Notes under the pieces: model-generated
What the model was told of the DNA's origin: nothing
Seen by the model: the letters and a program-made list of their open reading frames with translations, nothing else
Database searches by the model: none
Part shown: positions 9,922 to 18,712 of the stretch, piece by piece
Numbering within the stretch: position 1 is the stretch's first letter
Layout of the letters: every line of letters begins with the position of its first letter
Program-made: the position numbers and the translations under genes
Assembly (NCBI RefSeq): GCF_036396855.1
Contig: NZ_DASWKA010000066.1
Location: 1 to 58,619, forward strand
DNA length: 58,619 nucleotides
Direction: 5' to 3'
Origin: Candidatus Deferrimicrobium sp.
Lineage (GTDB): Bacteria > Desulfobacterota > Deferrimicrobia > Deferrimicrobiales > Deferrimicrobiaceae

Positions 9922-10245
9922 TCAAAGGTTCTTCTGCACCAGCGAAACGATGTTGGACTTCGGGTTCACGCCGACCATCTGACCCTTGATCTGGCCGTCC
10001 TTGAAGAGGATGAGCGTCGGGATCCCCCGTACGCCGAACCGCGAGGCGATCTCCGGACTGTCGTCGACGTTCACCTTCCCTATGCGCGTCTTCCCGTCGA
10101 ATTCCTTCGCTACCTCCTCGAGGATCGGGGCGATGACGCGGCACGGTCCGCACCACGGGGCCCAGAAGTCGACGAGTACGGGAGTTCCGCTCTCCACCGC
10201 CGACTGGAAGTTCGTGCTGTTCAGCTCAAGGATGTTTCCTGCCAT
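9922..10245 (-). CDS. trxA: Thioredoxin
   Basis: About 107 aa from ATG 10245. VLVDFWAPWCGPCRVIAPILEE...GIPTLILFKDG is canonical TrxA. Confidence 0.95.
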   Translation of the reverse strand: MAGNILELNSTNFQSAVESGTPVLVDFWAPWCGPCRVIAPILEEVAKEFDGKTRIGKVNVDDSPEIASRFGVRGIPTLILFKDGQIKGQMVGVNPKSNIVSLVQKNL

Positions 10246-10268
10246 TCCGTCCCTCCCTGCGTCCTGTC

Positions 10269-10667
10269 TTATTTTCCCCGCTTCGCCAGTTCCTTCTTCA
10301 TGCAACGATCCATCACCCACGGGATACCTGCCGCGTCCAGGATTTCGCAGGCGCGGGCGCTTTCGACCCCTTCCTGCATCCAGAAGAAGCGGGCGCCGAT
10401 CCGCACGGCTTCCTCCGCGACCTCCGGCACGTCCGCCGACTTACGGAACACGTCGACGAGGTCGACCCTCCCGGGGATCTCCGCGAGCGACTTGTACGCC
10501 TTCTCCCCGAGGACCTCGGTCAGAAGGGGATTTACCGGAATCACCCTGTATCCCCGCTCCTGCAGGTACTTCGCCACCGCGTGGCTGGGGCGGTCCGGCT
10601 TGTCGGAGATCCCCACCACGGCGACCGTCTTCGACCCGGAGAGGATCGTCTCGATCCTTCGGTCCAT
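10269..10667 (-). CDS. CoA-binding domain protein (YccU/YneT-like)
   Basis: 132 aa. KTVAVVGISDKPDRPSHAVAKYL...RVIPVNP...VDLVDVFR pattern. Strong GGAGGAGGA RBS. Confidence 0.8.
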   Translation of the reverse strand: MDRRIETILSGSKTVAVVGISDKPDRPSHAVAKYLQERGYRVIPVNPLLTEVLGEKAYKSLAEIPGRVDLVDVFRKSADVPEVAEEAVRIGARFFWMQEGVESARACEILDAAGIPWVMDRCMKKELAKRGK

Positions 10668-10809
10668 CGTTTCCTCCTCCTCCCTTTCAGATGCGGTTCA
10701 TGCTACATCGGTTTTTCCAGAATGAAAATAGATCCCCTTGCGGCGTTCCTTGACAGCCCGCGAGAGAAAAGATTATCGTTTCCCTATTCTTGCCGAAGGG
10801 GAGCTCCCT

Positions 10810-11391
10810 TTGAAGGATTCGATCGCGCGTTCATTGAAGGAAGGGTCCGACCTGCGCCTGAAAATGGCGGAAACGATGTCGGCGGAGATCGCGGCCGCCG
10901 CGACGGCGATCGCCGAGGCGTTCAAGGCGGGCAGGAAACTCCTCCTCTTCGGCAACGGCGGCAGCGCCGCGGACGCGCAGCACATCGCCGCCGAATTCAT
11001 GAACCGGTTCCTCATCGAGCGGCCGCCCCTGCCCGCGATCGCCCTCACCACGGACACCTCGGTTCTCACGAGCATCGCCAACGACTACGCGTTCGATGAG
11101 GTCTTCAGCAAGCAGGTGAAGGCCCTCGGGAAGAAAGGGGACGTGGCGCTGGGGATCACGACCAGCGGGTCTTCCGTGAACGTCCTCAAGGCGTTGCGCG
11201 CGGCGAAAAAACTGGGGATGGCGACGATCGCTCTGACCGGAGAGGGGGGGAAGGCGGCATCCCTCTCCGACATCGCTCTGCAGATCCCCTCCCGGAGCAC
11301 GCCCCGGATCCAGGAGGCCCATATCGCGGTCGGGCACATCCTGTGCGACCTGACCGACACGATCCTGTTCAAGGACGTCGGCAAGCGGTGA
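10810..11391 (+). CDS. gmhA: D-sedoheptulose-7-phosphate isomerase (SIS domain)
   Basis: [17 protein letters not shown]...[10 protein letters not shown]...[11 protein letters not shown] matches GmhA. TTG 10810 gives an E. coli-like length (193 aa). The track ORF starts at 10738. Confidence 0.85.
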   Translation: MKDSIARSLKEGSDLRLKMAETMSAEIAAAATAIAEAFKAGRKLLLFGNGGSAADAQHIAAEFMNRFLIERPPLPAIALTTDTSVLTSIANDYAFDEVFSKQVKALGKKGDVALGITTSGSSVNVLKALRAAKKLGMATIALTGEGGKAASLSDIALQIPSRSTPRIQEAHIAVGHILCDLTDTILFKDVGKR

Positions 11392-12326
11392 CCCGCCCCC
11401 TCGACTTCTCGCGTCTCCGGCGCACGTCCCTGTACTCCCGGACGAGCAAGGTGTCGTTCCGCGGCTTCGGGGTACCCCCGCGGCGCGGCATGTCGTTCGC
11501 CCGGTTCCTGGACGGGCTGCCGGATTATCTGGCCGCGAAGGATTTCCGCGCCGTCACCTCCGCGATCGCGCGGGCTCGCAGGCGCGGGGCGCCGGTGCTG
11601 CTCGGGATCGGCGCGCACTTCATCAAGGTGGGGCTCTCTCCGCTGCTTCTCCGTGGAATCCGGGACGGCGTGTTCACCGCCGTTGCGATGAACGGCGCCG
11701 GTGTGATCCACGACGTGGAGCTCGCGCTTGCCGGAAAAACCTCGGAGGACGTGGCGGCCCACCTGCCCGACGGATCGTTCGGCATGGCGAAAGAGACGGC
11801 GCAGTTCATCCAGGGCGCGCTGTCGGAAGGCGTTCCCGCGGGCCTCGGGTTCGGCGCCGCCGTGGGGAAGGCGATCGCTTCATCGAAAATGCGCTACCGG
11901 AAAAAGAGCCTGCTCGGGGAGGCGTACCGGCTCGGCGTGCCCGTGACCGTTCACGTGGCCGTGGGGGCCGACATCGTCCACATGCATCCCGAGGCCGACG
12001 GAGCGACGATCGGCGAAGGGTCGCTGCGGGATTTCCGGACGTTCTGCTCCCTCGTCGCGGGGCTTTCGGGGGGCGTCTACGTCAACGTCGGGTCGGCGGT
12101 CATCCTCCCCGAGGTCTTCCTCAAGGCGGTCTCGGTGGCGCGCAACCTGGGGCATCCCCTGTCACGGATCACGACCGTCAACATGGACTTCCTGCGACAA
12201 TATCGCCCCGACGTCAACGTCGTGACCCGCCCGACGCAGGGCGGCGGGAAAGGGTACCACCTGATCGGTCCGCACGAAATCCTCTTTCCCCTTCTGATGG
12301 CGGCCATCGCCGAGCAGCGCGGCTAA
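11388..12326 (+). CDS. Deoxyhypusine synthase-like family protein (function unknown)
   Basis: GTG 11388 overlaps the gmhA stop (GTGA). Segments [17 protein letters not shown] and [12 protein letters not shown] resemble DHS TTAGGVEEDLIK and SLVFPLLVAET. Assignment is from memory of the family only. Confidence 0.55.
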   Translation: MTRPLDFSRLRRTSLYSRTSKVSFRGFGVPPRRGMSFARFLDGLPDYLAAKDFRAVTSAIARARRRGAPVLLGIGAHFIKVGLSPLLLRGIRDGVFTAVAMNGAGVIHDVELALAGKTSEDVAAHLPDGSFGMAKETAQFIQGALSEGVPAGLGFGAAVGKAIASSKMRYRKKSLLGEAYRLGVPVTVHVAVGADIVHMHPEADGATIGEGSLRDFRTFCSLVAGLSGGVYVNVGSAVILPEVFLKAVSVARNLGHPLSRITTVNMDFLRQYRPDVNVVTRPTQGGGKGYHLIGPHEILFPLLMAAIAEQRG

Positions 12327-12555
12327 GTACCCCAGCAGTGCGAAGCTCGTACTGGGACGCCTCCGGGACTCCCCCTTCGGCTGCGCCGCCTCGGAGGGGG
12401 GACTCCGTTCGTGGCTCGCCGTGCGGTGAACCTGCACGGCTGCGCTTTACCTCACTTCGCCCCCCTCCTGCGGCGGCTCCGCCGGGCCCTCCCGTAGCGT
12501 GCGCCTTCCGTGCTCTCTTCCCGATACATTGCCGTACGATCAGTGCCCGGCTTCT

Positions 12556-13251
12556 TCAGAGGGTCGTCTCTTCCCCCGGGGCGAGCACGATCGGGCGCGT
12601 TCCCGGCGAGACCTTCGCCAGCTCCGCAACGAACCGGTCCGCGTTCGGCTCGAGGATCGGGAACGTTCCGTAGTGCATCGGGATGACCGCCTTCGCCTTG
12701 AGGAGGGCGCACGCCTTCGCCGCCTGCCGGTGATCCATCGTGAACACGGACCCGATCGGCAGCAGCGCCACGTCGATCGGGTACAGTTCGCCGATAAGCG
12801 CCATGCCGGCGAAGATCCCCGTGTCGCCGGAGTGGTAGACGGTGAGGCCCGACGGGGTTTTCAGCACATAGCCGACCGGAGCGCCCAGGGTGCACGAGTG
12901 GCGCGCCTCCGTCATCGTGATCTCGAACCCCTGGACGCTGACCGTTCCGCCCACGTTCATCCCCCCGCCCCCGTGGAGCAGCTGGGCTTCGGGAACGCCT
13001 TTCGCCTTCAGGTCACCCGCCAGCTCGAAGATCGCCACGACGAGGGCCCCCGTCTTCTTCGCCAGCGCGACCGCGTCCCCCGCGTGGTCGAAGTGGTCGT
13101 GCGTGAGGAGCAACAGGTCCGCCCCGGGCGCGGTGTCCAACCCGCCGGAACCCTTCGGGTTCCCCTCGAACCACGGGTCGATGAGCGCCGTCTTCCCGTC
13201 CCGGATGGAAAAGCCGGAGTGTCCGAACCAGCGGATCCGCACCGATGCCAT
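12556..13251 (-). CDS. Metal-dependent hydrolase, MBL fold (UPF0173-like)
   Basis: 231 aa from ATG 13251. WFGHSGF...LLLLTHDHFDHAGD...YHSGDTG...IPMHYGTF. The upstream part of the 483-aa track ORF is R/G/P-rich and not credible. Confidence 0.85.
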   Translation of the reverse strand: MASVRIRWFGHSGFSIRDGKTALIDPWFEGNPKGSGGLDTAPGADLLLLTHDHFDHAGDAVALAKKTGALVVAIFELAGDLKAKGVPEAQLLHGGGGMNVGGTVSVQGFEITMTEARHSCTLGAPVGYVLKTPSGLTVYHSGDTGIFAGMALIGELYPIDVALLPIGSVFTMDHRQAAKACALLKAKAVIPMHYGTFPILEPNADRFVAELAKVSPGTRPIVLAPGEETTL

Positions 13252-13371
13252 GGCCGCCCTCCTTCGCGCGATGGGTTTCACCAGATTCATATATAACGGG
13301 ACGGCGCCTCCTTCGTAAAGGGGGAATCGGCACCTACCCGCCGCAGGGCGCCCGTGGTAAAAAGGGGCAAT

Positions 13372-14424
13372 ATGGCGATGAACAGCATCGGTACATTTCG
13401 CCCCTTCCGGGTGGTGGTGCCCAACCGCGTGGACATCGCGGGGGGGACCCTCGACATCTACCCTTTGTACCTCCTGATCCGGGACGCGATGACGGTGAAC
13501 GCTGCCGTCGCAGTGCGCAGCGAGGTCGCGGTGGGCCCGTTCCGACGCGGCGCGGCGCGGCTTTCCTCTGGAGATTTCGGGATCGCGGTCACCGCCGCCG
13601 ACACCCATGGCTTCTCCCTGGGGGGGAAGATGGGATTGCTCTCCCGCGCCCTGCGGCATTTCCCCGCGGTTTCCGGCGTCGAGATCCGCGTGCGCAATGA
13701 AGCGCCGATCGGCTCCGGGATCGGCGCTTCGTCCGCCCTGCTGGTCGCCCTGATGCTGGCGGCCGGAAGGCTGACCCGGACCTCGTGCCGCAGGGACGAG
13801 ACCGCGATGGCGGCGATGGAGATCGAGGCGGCCCACCTGAAGAGCCTGACCGGGCGGCAGGACCACCTGGCGGCGCTGCGCGGCGGCCTCCAGGGGATCC
13901 GGTTTTCCCCCGGACGGGTCGACGCGCGCCGGCTCCCTCCCGGGGGGCCGGCAGGGACGATGCTGCGGGACCACGCGTTCCTCGCCCATACGGGGATCGC
14001 CCACCACTCGTCGGACGTAAACTGGCGGATGATCCGCGGGGCGATCGACGGGGACGGCATGGTGCTGCGGAAGTTCCGGGGGATCGCCGCCGCGGCGCGG
14101 GATGCATGGGAGGCGGTTTGCGCTGCGGACCCGCGAGGCACGGGCGCCGCGATCGCCGCGGAGTGGGCGATCCGAAGGACCCTCGTCCCCGGCGTGTCGA
14201 CGGCGGGCGTGGAGGAACTATTTTCCGACCGCCGGTTCCGGCGCCTTGTGAACGGAGCGAAGCTGTGCGGCGCGGGCGGGGGAGGGATGCTCTTCGGCCT
14301 CCTCAAGGACCCGGAGGATCGGGAGGCGGTGGAGCCGCTCCTTTCCGGTACGGGGATGTCCGTCCTGCCGTTTCGCCTCTCCGGTGGACCGCGGTTCGAG
14401 GATACCCGGGATGGCGGCGGATAA
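13372..14424 (+). CDS. GHMP-family sugar kinase (heptose-7-phosphate kinase-like)
   Basis: GHMP motif PIGSGIGASSALLVAL and a C-terminal KLCGAGGGG. ATG 13372 is preceded by AAAAGGGG. Confidence 0.75.
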   Translation: MAMNSIGTFRPFRVVVPNRVDIAGGTLDIYPLYLLIRDAMTVNAAVAVRSEVAVGPFRRGAARLSSGDFGIAVTAADTHGFSLGGKMGLLSRALRHFPAVSGVEIRVRNEAPIGSGIGASSALLVALMLAAGRLTRTSCRRDETAMAAMEIEAAHLKSLTGRQDHLAALRGGLQGIRFSPGRVDARRLPPGGPAGTMLRDHAFLAHTGIAHHSSDVNWRMIRGAIDGDGMVLRKFRGIAAAARDAWEAVCAADPRGTGAAIAAEWAIRRTLVPGVSTAGVEELFSDRRFRRLVNGAKLCGAGGGGMLFGLLKDPEDREAVEPLLSGTGMSVLPFRLSGGPRFEDTRDGGG

Positions 14425-15781
14425 AACCTGGGACGTCGCAGTCGTCGGCGCGGGTCCCGCGGGGATGTTCGTCGCCCGGACGCTGGCCGGGTCGCTCTCG
14501 GTCCTCGTCCTCGAAGAGAAGGGGCGCACCGGTGGGGCGGGCGCGATGACCGACGGGAAGCTCAACCTCTCCTCCCACATCGGCCTGGACCTCGCCGAAC
14601 TGCAGATGACCGAGGAGGAGGCGGACGCGCGCATCGCGGCCGTCGACGATGTCTTCGTCGCCCACGGCGCCGACCCTACGGTCTATGGAGAGGACCGGGA
14701 GTCGATCGACGCGTGGCTCGACCGGGTCTCCTGGGTCAGGCGCAGGACTCCGAAAGGGGAGTGGGACATCACCCTTCGGCCGGCGCGCCAACGCCATATG
14801 GGAACGGATCTCGCCCACCGCGTCGTTGCCCGGATGACGGAGTCGATCCTGTCTGCGGGGGCGGCTTTCTCCCTCGATACGCGGGTCGATGGGATCTCCC
14901 TGGTGCCGGGCGGCCATTTCGCCCTGCGCACGGCGAAGGGCGATCTTCTCGCGAGGTACGTCGTGGCCGCGCCTGGACGCGACGGCGCCTACTGGTTCCG
15001 GGAGGCGGCCCGGGGGCTCGGGGTCACCACGCGCTACGGTTCCATCGACATCGGCTGCCGGGTGGAGGTGGCGTCCCCGGTCTACGACGAGATCACCCGC
15101 GTCCTTTACGATCCGAAGTTCCTCTTCGTGACCCCCACCCACGGTGACCCCACGCGGACCTTCTGCACCAACCCGGGAGGCCACGTTCGCGTGGAAGCGC
15201 GCAACGGCTTCCGGCTGGTGAACGGCGACGCCCTCAAGACCCGCAAGACGGCGAACACGAACTTCGCGATCCTCAACACCGTGTCGATGACGGAGCCGAT
15301 CCAGGACACGACAGAGATGGGGCGGAAGGTGGCCGAGTTCGCCAACTTCTGGGGAGGAGGGGAGAGCCTGGTCGTCCAGCGCCTGGGGGATTTGATGCAG
15401 GGGCGTCGTTCCCGGAGGGAGACGTTCCACTCCGCCGGCCTCGGGTACGACAAGATGACGCCGACGCTGCCCCCCGGCCCGGGAGTGACGCCGGGGGACA
15501 TCTCCTTCGCCTACCCCGGAAGGATCGTCGACAACCTCCGGGAGACCCTGGCGCTCCTGTCCCGCGTGATCCCGGGCGTGGCGCACCCCTCCACGGCGAT
15601 CTACGTCCCGGAGATCAAGTTCTACGACACGAAGTACGCCACCGACCGGTATCTCGAGACGAACGTCCCGAACCTGTTCGTGGCGGGCGACGGGGTGGGG
15701 AAATCCCGCGGGATCGTCGGCGCCGCCCTGAACGGGTGCCTCGCCGCCGAGGGGATCCTGCGCAAAGAGGGAAAACGATAG
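14411..15781 (+). CDS. FAD-dependent oxidoreductase (COG2509-like uncharacterised dehydrogenase)
   Basis: Dinucleotide fold DVAVVGAGPAGMF...LVLEE and a C-terminal NLFVAGDGVGKSRGI. The start overlaps the kinase stop by 14 nt. Confidence 0.75.
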   Translation: MAADKTWDVAVVGAGPAGMFVARTLAGSLSVLVLEEKGRTGGAGAMTDGKLNLSSHIGLDLAELQMTEEEADARIAAVDDVFVAHGADPTVYGEDRESIDAWLDRVSWVRRRTPKGEWDITLRPARQRHMGTDLAHRVVARMTESILSAGAAFSLDTRVDGISLVPGGHFALRTAKGDLLARYVVAAPGRDGAYWFREAARGLGVTTRYGSIDIGCRVEVASPVYDEITRVLYDPKFLFVTPTHGDPTRTFCTNPGGHVRVEARNGFRLVNGDALKTRKTANTNFAILNTVSMTEPIQDTTEMGRKVAEFANFWGGGESLVVQRLGDLMQGRRSRRETFHSAGLGYDKMTPTLPPGPGVTPGDISFAYPGRIVDNLRETLALLSRVIPGVAHPSTAIYVPEIKFYDTKYATDRYLETNVPNLFVAGDGVGKSRGIVGAALNGCLAAEGILRKEGKR

Positions 15782-15829
15782 ATCGCGACGTACATTCCGC
15801 CGTAAACCTCCCTTTGTGGCTGGTTTCCT

Positions 15830-16483
15830 TCAAAGCTTCGAGGGGTCCAGGATCTCGAAACCCGCCTCCTGGATCGCCTTCCGGATCGGCCCGACGTTCA
15901 GCGTGTCGACGTGGAAGAAGTTCGCCCGTTTCCCCGCTTCCGCATGCCGGGTGGAGAGCACGCTCGTGATGTTCACGTGGAAGGAGCCGATGATCGCGGC
16001 CAGCTGCGCGAGCGTTCCGGGCCGGTCGGGGACGACGACCTCGAGGCGGGAGGAGACTTCGCCCACGCCGAGGGCATCGATGAACGCTTCCAGCACGTCG
16101 GTCCGGGTGATGATCCCGGTGACTTTCCCCGCGGCGTCCACGACCGGCAAGGCGTTCACCCGGAAGTCGTGCAGCAGGACGATCGCGTCTTCCAGCGTGT
16201 CCGTGAGCGTGGCGGTGACGACCTTGCGGGTCATCACCCGCTCCACGGGGGTGTTCTTCATGAACTTCTCCGCCTCCCCGGGAGTGAATCCCGGCACCAG
16301 CCCCGCAGGGAGCACCGCCGCCCGGATATCCCGGTCGGATACGATCCCCAGCAGGGTGCCGTCCTCCGAGACCACCGGGAGCTGGGGTATGGTGTGTTCC
16401 CTCATCCGGCGCTGCGCCTCGAAAAGAGACGCGGACGGAGACACCGTCACGATCTGTTTCTTCATTCTGCGTGCGACGAACAT
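15830..16483 (-). CDS. CBS-pair plus ACT domain protein (AcuB-like)
   Basis: Two CBS repeats (...GIVSDRDI..., ...GIITRTDV...) followed by an ACT-like tail (LEVVVPDRPGTLAQLAAIIG). Confidence 0.8.
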   Translation of the reverse strand: MFVARRMKKQIVTVSPSASLFEAQRRMREHTIPQLPVVSEDGTLLGIVSDRDIRAAVLPAGLVPGFTPGEAEKFMKNTPVERVMTRKVVTATLTDTLEDAIVLLHDFRVNALPVVDAAGKVTGIITRTDVLEAFIDALGVGEVSSRLEVVVPDRPGTLAQLAAIIGSFHVNITSVLSTRHAEAGKRANFFHVDTLNVGPIRKAIQEAGFEILDPSKL

Positions 16484-16507
16484 CGGACAATCCTCCGTGG
16501 GCCGGGA

Positions 16508-17458
16508 TCACTCGCCGAGGAGCTCCCGGACGTGTATTTCGATGCAGGATTTGAGCGAGGAAGTTTCATACCCTCCCTCGAGGATTGAGACGACCTTCCC
16601 TCCGCAGAACCGATCGGCCATCTCGACCACATGGTGGGTCATGAAGCGGAACCCCTCCTCCGTCACCAGGAGGTCCGCCAGCGGGTCGTCGCGGTGGGCG
16701 TCGAAGCCCGCCGAGACGAGGATGATCTCCGGCCGGAACCGCTCCACGGCCGGCTCGAGCGTCTGCTCGAAGGTCGTCCGGTACTCCTCGTCCCCCGCGC
16801 CGGGGGCCATCGGGGCGTTGAGCGTCGCGCCTTCCCCCTTCCCCTTTCCGATCTCCCACCGGCGGCCGGTGCCGGGGTAGAGGAAGGTGGGGTGCTCATG
16901 GATGCTGAAATAGAAGACCGTCGGGTCCTCGAGGAAGATGTTCTGCGTGCCGTTGCCGTGGTGGACGTCCCAGTCTACGATGAGGACCTTCCCCACCCCG
17001 TGCCTCGCCTGGAGGTACCGGGCCGCGACGGCCGCGTTGTTGAGGAGGCAGAACCCCATCCCCACGTCCCGCCCCGCGTGGTGCCCCGGAGGCCGGATGG
17101 CGCAGAAGGCGCGGTCGACCGTCCCTTCCGCCACCGCCTTCGCCCCCGCGATCGCCCCTCCCGCCGACAGGAGCGCGATGTTGAAGGAGTGCCGTGTCAG
17201 GTAGGTGTCTTCCGAGTCGAGGGTGAGGTCGCCGCGCCGGCAGGCGTTCTCCAGCTTGTCCAGATATTTCCGGTCGTGGACGGAGAGGATCTCCGCGTCT
17301 TCCGGATACTCCGGCGTCACGGGGACCATCCGGTCGATCAGGCCGGCCCCCCCGAGATGGTCGGTGACGGCGACGAGGCGCTCCGGGGACTCGGGGTGTT
17401 CGAACGGAGGAGAGTGGAGGAGGTAGTCGGTATGGTAGATCCAGGCCACTCGCTTCAT
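16508..17458 (-). CDS. Histone deacetylase-family protein (acetoin utilisation/deacetylase AcuC-like)
   Basis: RPPGHHA, DWDVHHGNGTQ and EGGY motifs of class I/II deacetylase-like enzymes. Confidence 0.88.
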   Translation of the reverse strand: MKRVAWIYHTDYLLHSPPFEHPESPERLVAVTDHLGGAGLIDRMVPVTPEYPEDAEILSVHDRKYLDKLENACRRGDLTLDSEDTYLTRHSFNIALLSAGGAIAGAKAVAEGTVDRAFCAIRPPGHHAGRDVGMGFCLLNNAAVAARYLQARHGVGKVLIVDWDVHHGNGTQNIFLEDPTVFYFSIHEHPTFLYPGTGRRWEIGKGKGEGATLNAPMAPGAGDEEYRTTFEQTLEPAVERFRPEIILVSAGFDAHRDDPLADLLVTEEGFRFMTHHVVEMADRFCGGKVVSILEGGYETSSLKSCIEIHVRELLGE

Positions 17459-17498
17459 GAGCGCTCCCTGCGCACCCCGACACCCTATCGGTTTCCGA

Positions 17499-18107
17499 CT
17501 AACGGAACGTCGTGATCTCGGAGGCGGGCCTGCGCGGCGGTTTCGGGGGCGCAGCGTCCGGTTTCCCCACGGCGATTATCGCCAGCAGCTCTTCGGGATT
17601 CCGGACGAAGAGCGCCGATTCCAGCTCCTGCTTCGCAATCAGCGGACCGGTCATCCAGCAGGTGCCGTACCCCATCGCACAGGCCGCGAGGATGAACTGG
17701 GTGATCCCTGCCGAAATTCCCTGAAGCCCCGGGTTCACCTGGAACCGGCGCGTCTTGTACCGCTCGGGGTCCTTCTCGCGGAGCAACTTGTCCGTCGCCG
17801 ATTCGTAGGGGGAGCCGACCACGCAGATCACGGCGGGGGCGAAGGCGAACAGGTTCTGGTAGGTCGCCTTCCCCTCCCCGGCGATCCCGGTTCCTGTAAT
17901 GCGCGAGACGATCTCGTCGACGATTCCCCGCATCCGGTCGATCGTCTCCCGTTCCTGGACCGCGATGAACCGGAAGTTCTGCGAATTTCCCGCCGTGGGG
18001 GCCCAGGAGGCGGCCTCCGCCATCCGCAGGATGTGTTCCCTCGGAACCGGATCCTTCCGGAACTTCCGGATGCTTTGCCGGACCTTCATCGTTTCGAAGA
18101 CGTCCAT
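17499..18107 (-). CDS. Nitroreductase family protein
   Basis: 202 aa. RQSIRKF...P.. start, AASWAPTAGNSQ, and a C-terminal YGTCWM... typical of the nitroreductase fold. Confidence 0.8.
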   Translation of the reverse strand: MDVFETMKVRQSIRKFRKDPVPREHILRMAEAASWAPTAGNSQNFRFIAVQERETIDRMRGIVDEIVSRITGTGIAGEGKATYQNLFAFAPAVICVVGSPYESATDKLLREKDPERYKTRRFQVNPGLQGISAGITQFILAACAMGYGTCWMTGPLIAKQELESALFVRNPEELLAIIAVGKPDAAPPKPPRRPASEITTFR

Positions 18108-18148
18108 TCGATTCCTCCTGTTGCTCGGTCGAGACTTTAAAAGCCCGA

Positions 18149-18242
18149 GTACCCCAGGGAGCGTACTCCGTACGGGAGTGGGGTGCCCCCGTTTTTCCTA
18201 CGGCGGGGTACCCCAGGGAGCGCACTCCATACGGGAGTGGGG
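18149..18242. repeat. Two 35-nt direct repeats (period 59 bp), second REP-like family
   Basis: GTACCCCAGGGAGCGTACTCCGTACGGGAGTGGGG at 18149-18183 and 18208-18242 (33/35 identical). Each has internal ACTCC/GGAGT pairing. A partial relative lies at 12327. Confidence 0.8.
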
Positions 18243-18254
18243 CGGCCGGGTGTC

Positions 18255-18608
18255 CTACTCCGAAGGTCGCCCGACGGTGTCTTCCTTCGTCCCCGTCTTT
18301 TCCCGGAGCCTCGAGAGTTTCCGGTCGCGGTCGGCCGTTTCCAGTTTCTCCCGCGCAAGTTCCGCTTCGCACCCTTCCGCATGGAAGGAAAGCGCTTGGA
18401 GCGCGGCTTTCTGCCCGGCGACCTGCTTCGAGAGGGCCTCGACCTCCCCGGCCAGCCTCGATGATTCCCGGTTCGACGAGGCGTACGCATCCCGGAGGGA
18501 CTCGACCTCGCGCACCTTCGCGTCGTAGGTCGACGTGGTTACGATGCAGCCGGCGCAGGAAAGTAGCGCGGCCACCGCGGCGATCGGGATCACGAAGCTA
18601 CGGGGCAA
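18255..18608 (-). CDS. Coiled-coil lipoprotein (unknown function)
   Basis: TTG 18608 with GGAGAA upstream gives (M)PRSFVIPIAAVAALLSCAGC (lipobox), then a heptad-rich helix (EVESLRDAYASSNRESSRLAGEVEALSKQV). Confidence 0.6.
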   Translation of the reverse strand: MPRSFVIPIAAVAALLSCAGCIVTTSTYDAKVREVESLRDAYASSNRESSRLAGEVEALSKQVAGQKAALQALSFHAEGCEAELAREKLETADRDRKLSRLREKTGTKEDTVGRPSE

Positions 18609-18712
18609 AGACGGTTCTCCGTGGAAGAGGGTATCCGCTACGGGCAATAATGATTTTACTTTCCGGCACCATTTTAATAAAGTTGAAAATAAACACGGGA
18701 GGGCCATGCCCC

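Noticed and set aside
18149-18242. CRISPR array
   Set aside because: There are only two repeat copies, one 24-nt spacer and no cas genes. No other regularly spaced repeat series occurs anywhere in the window.
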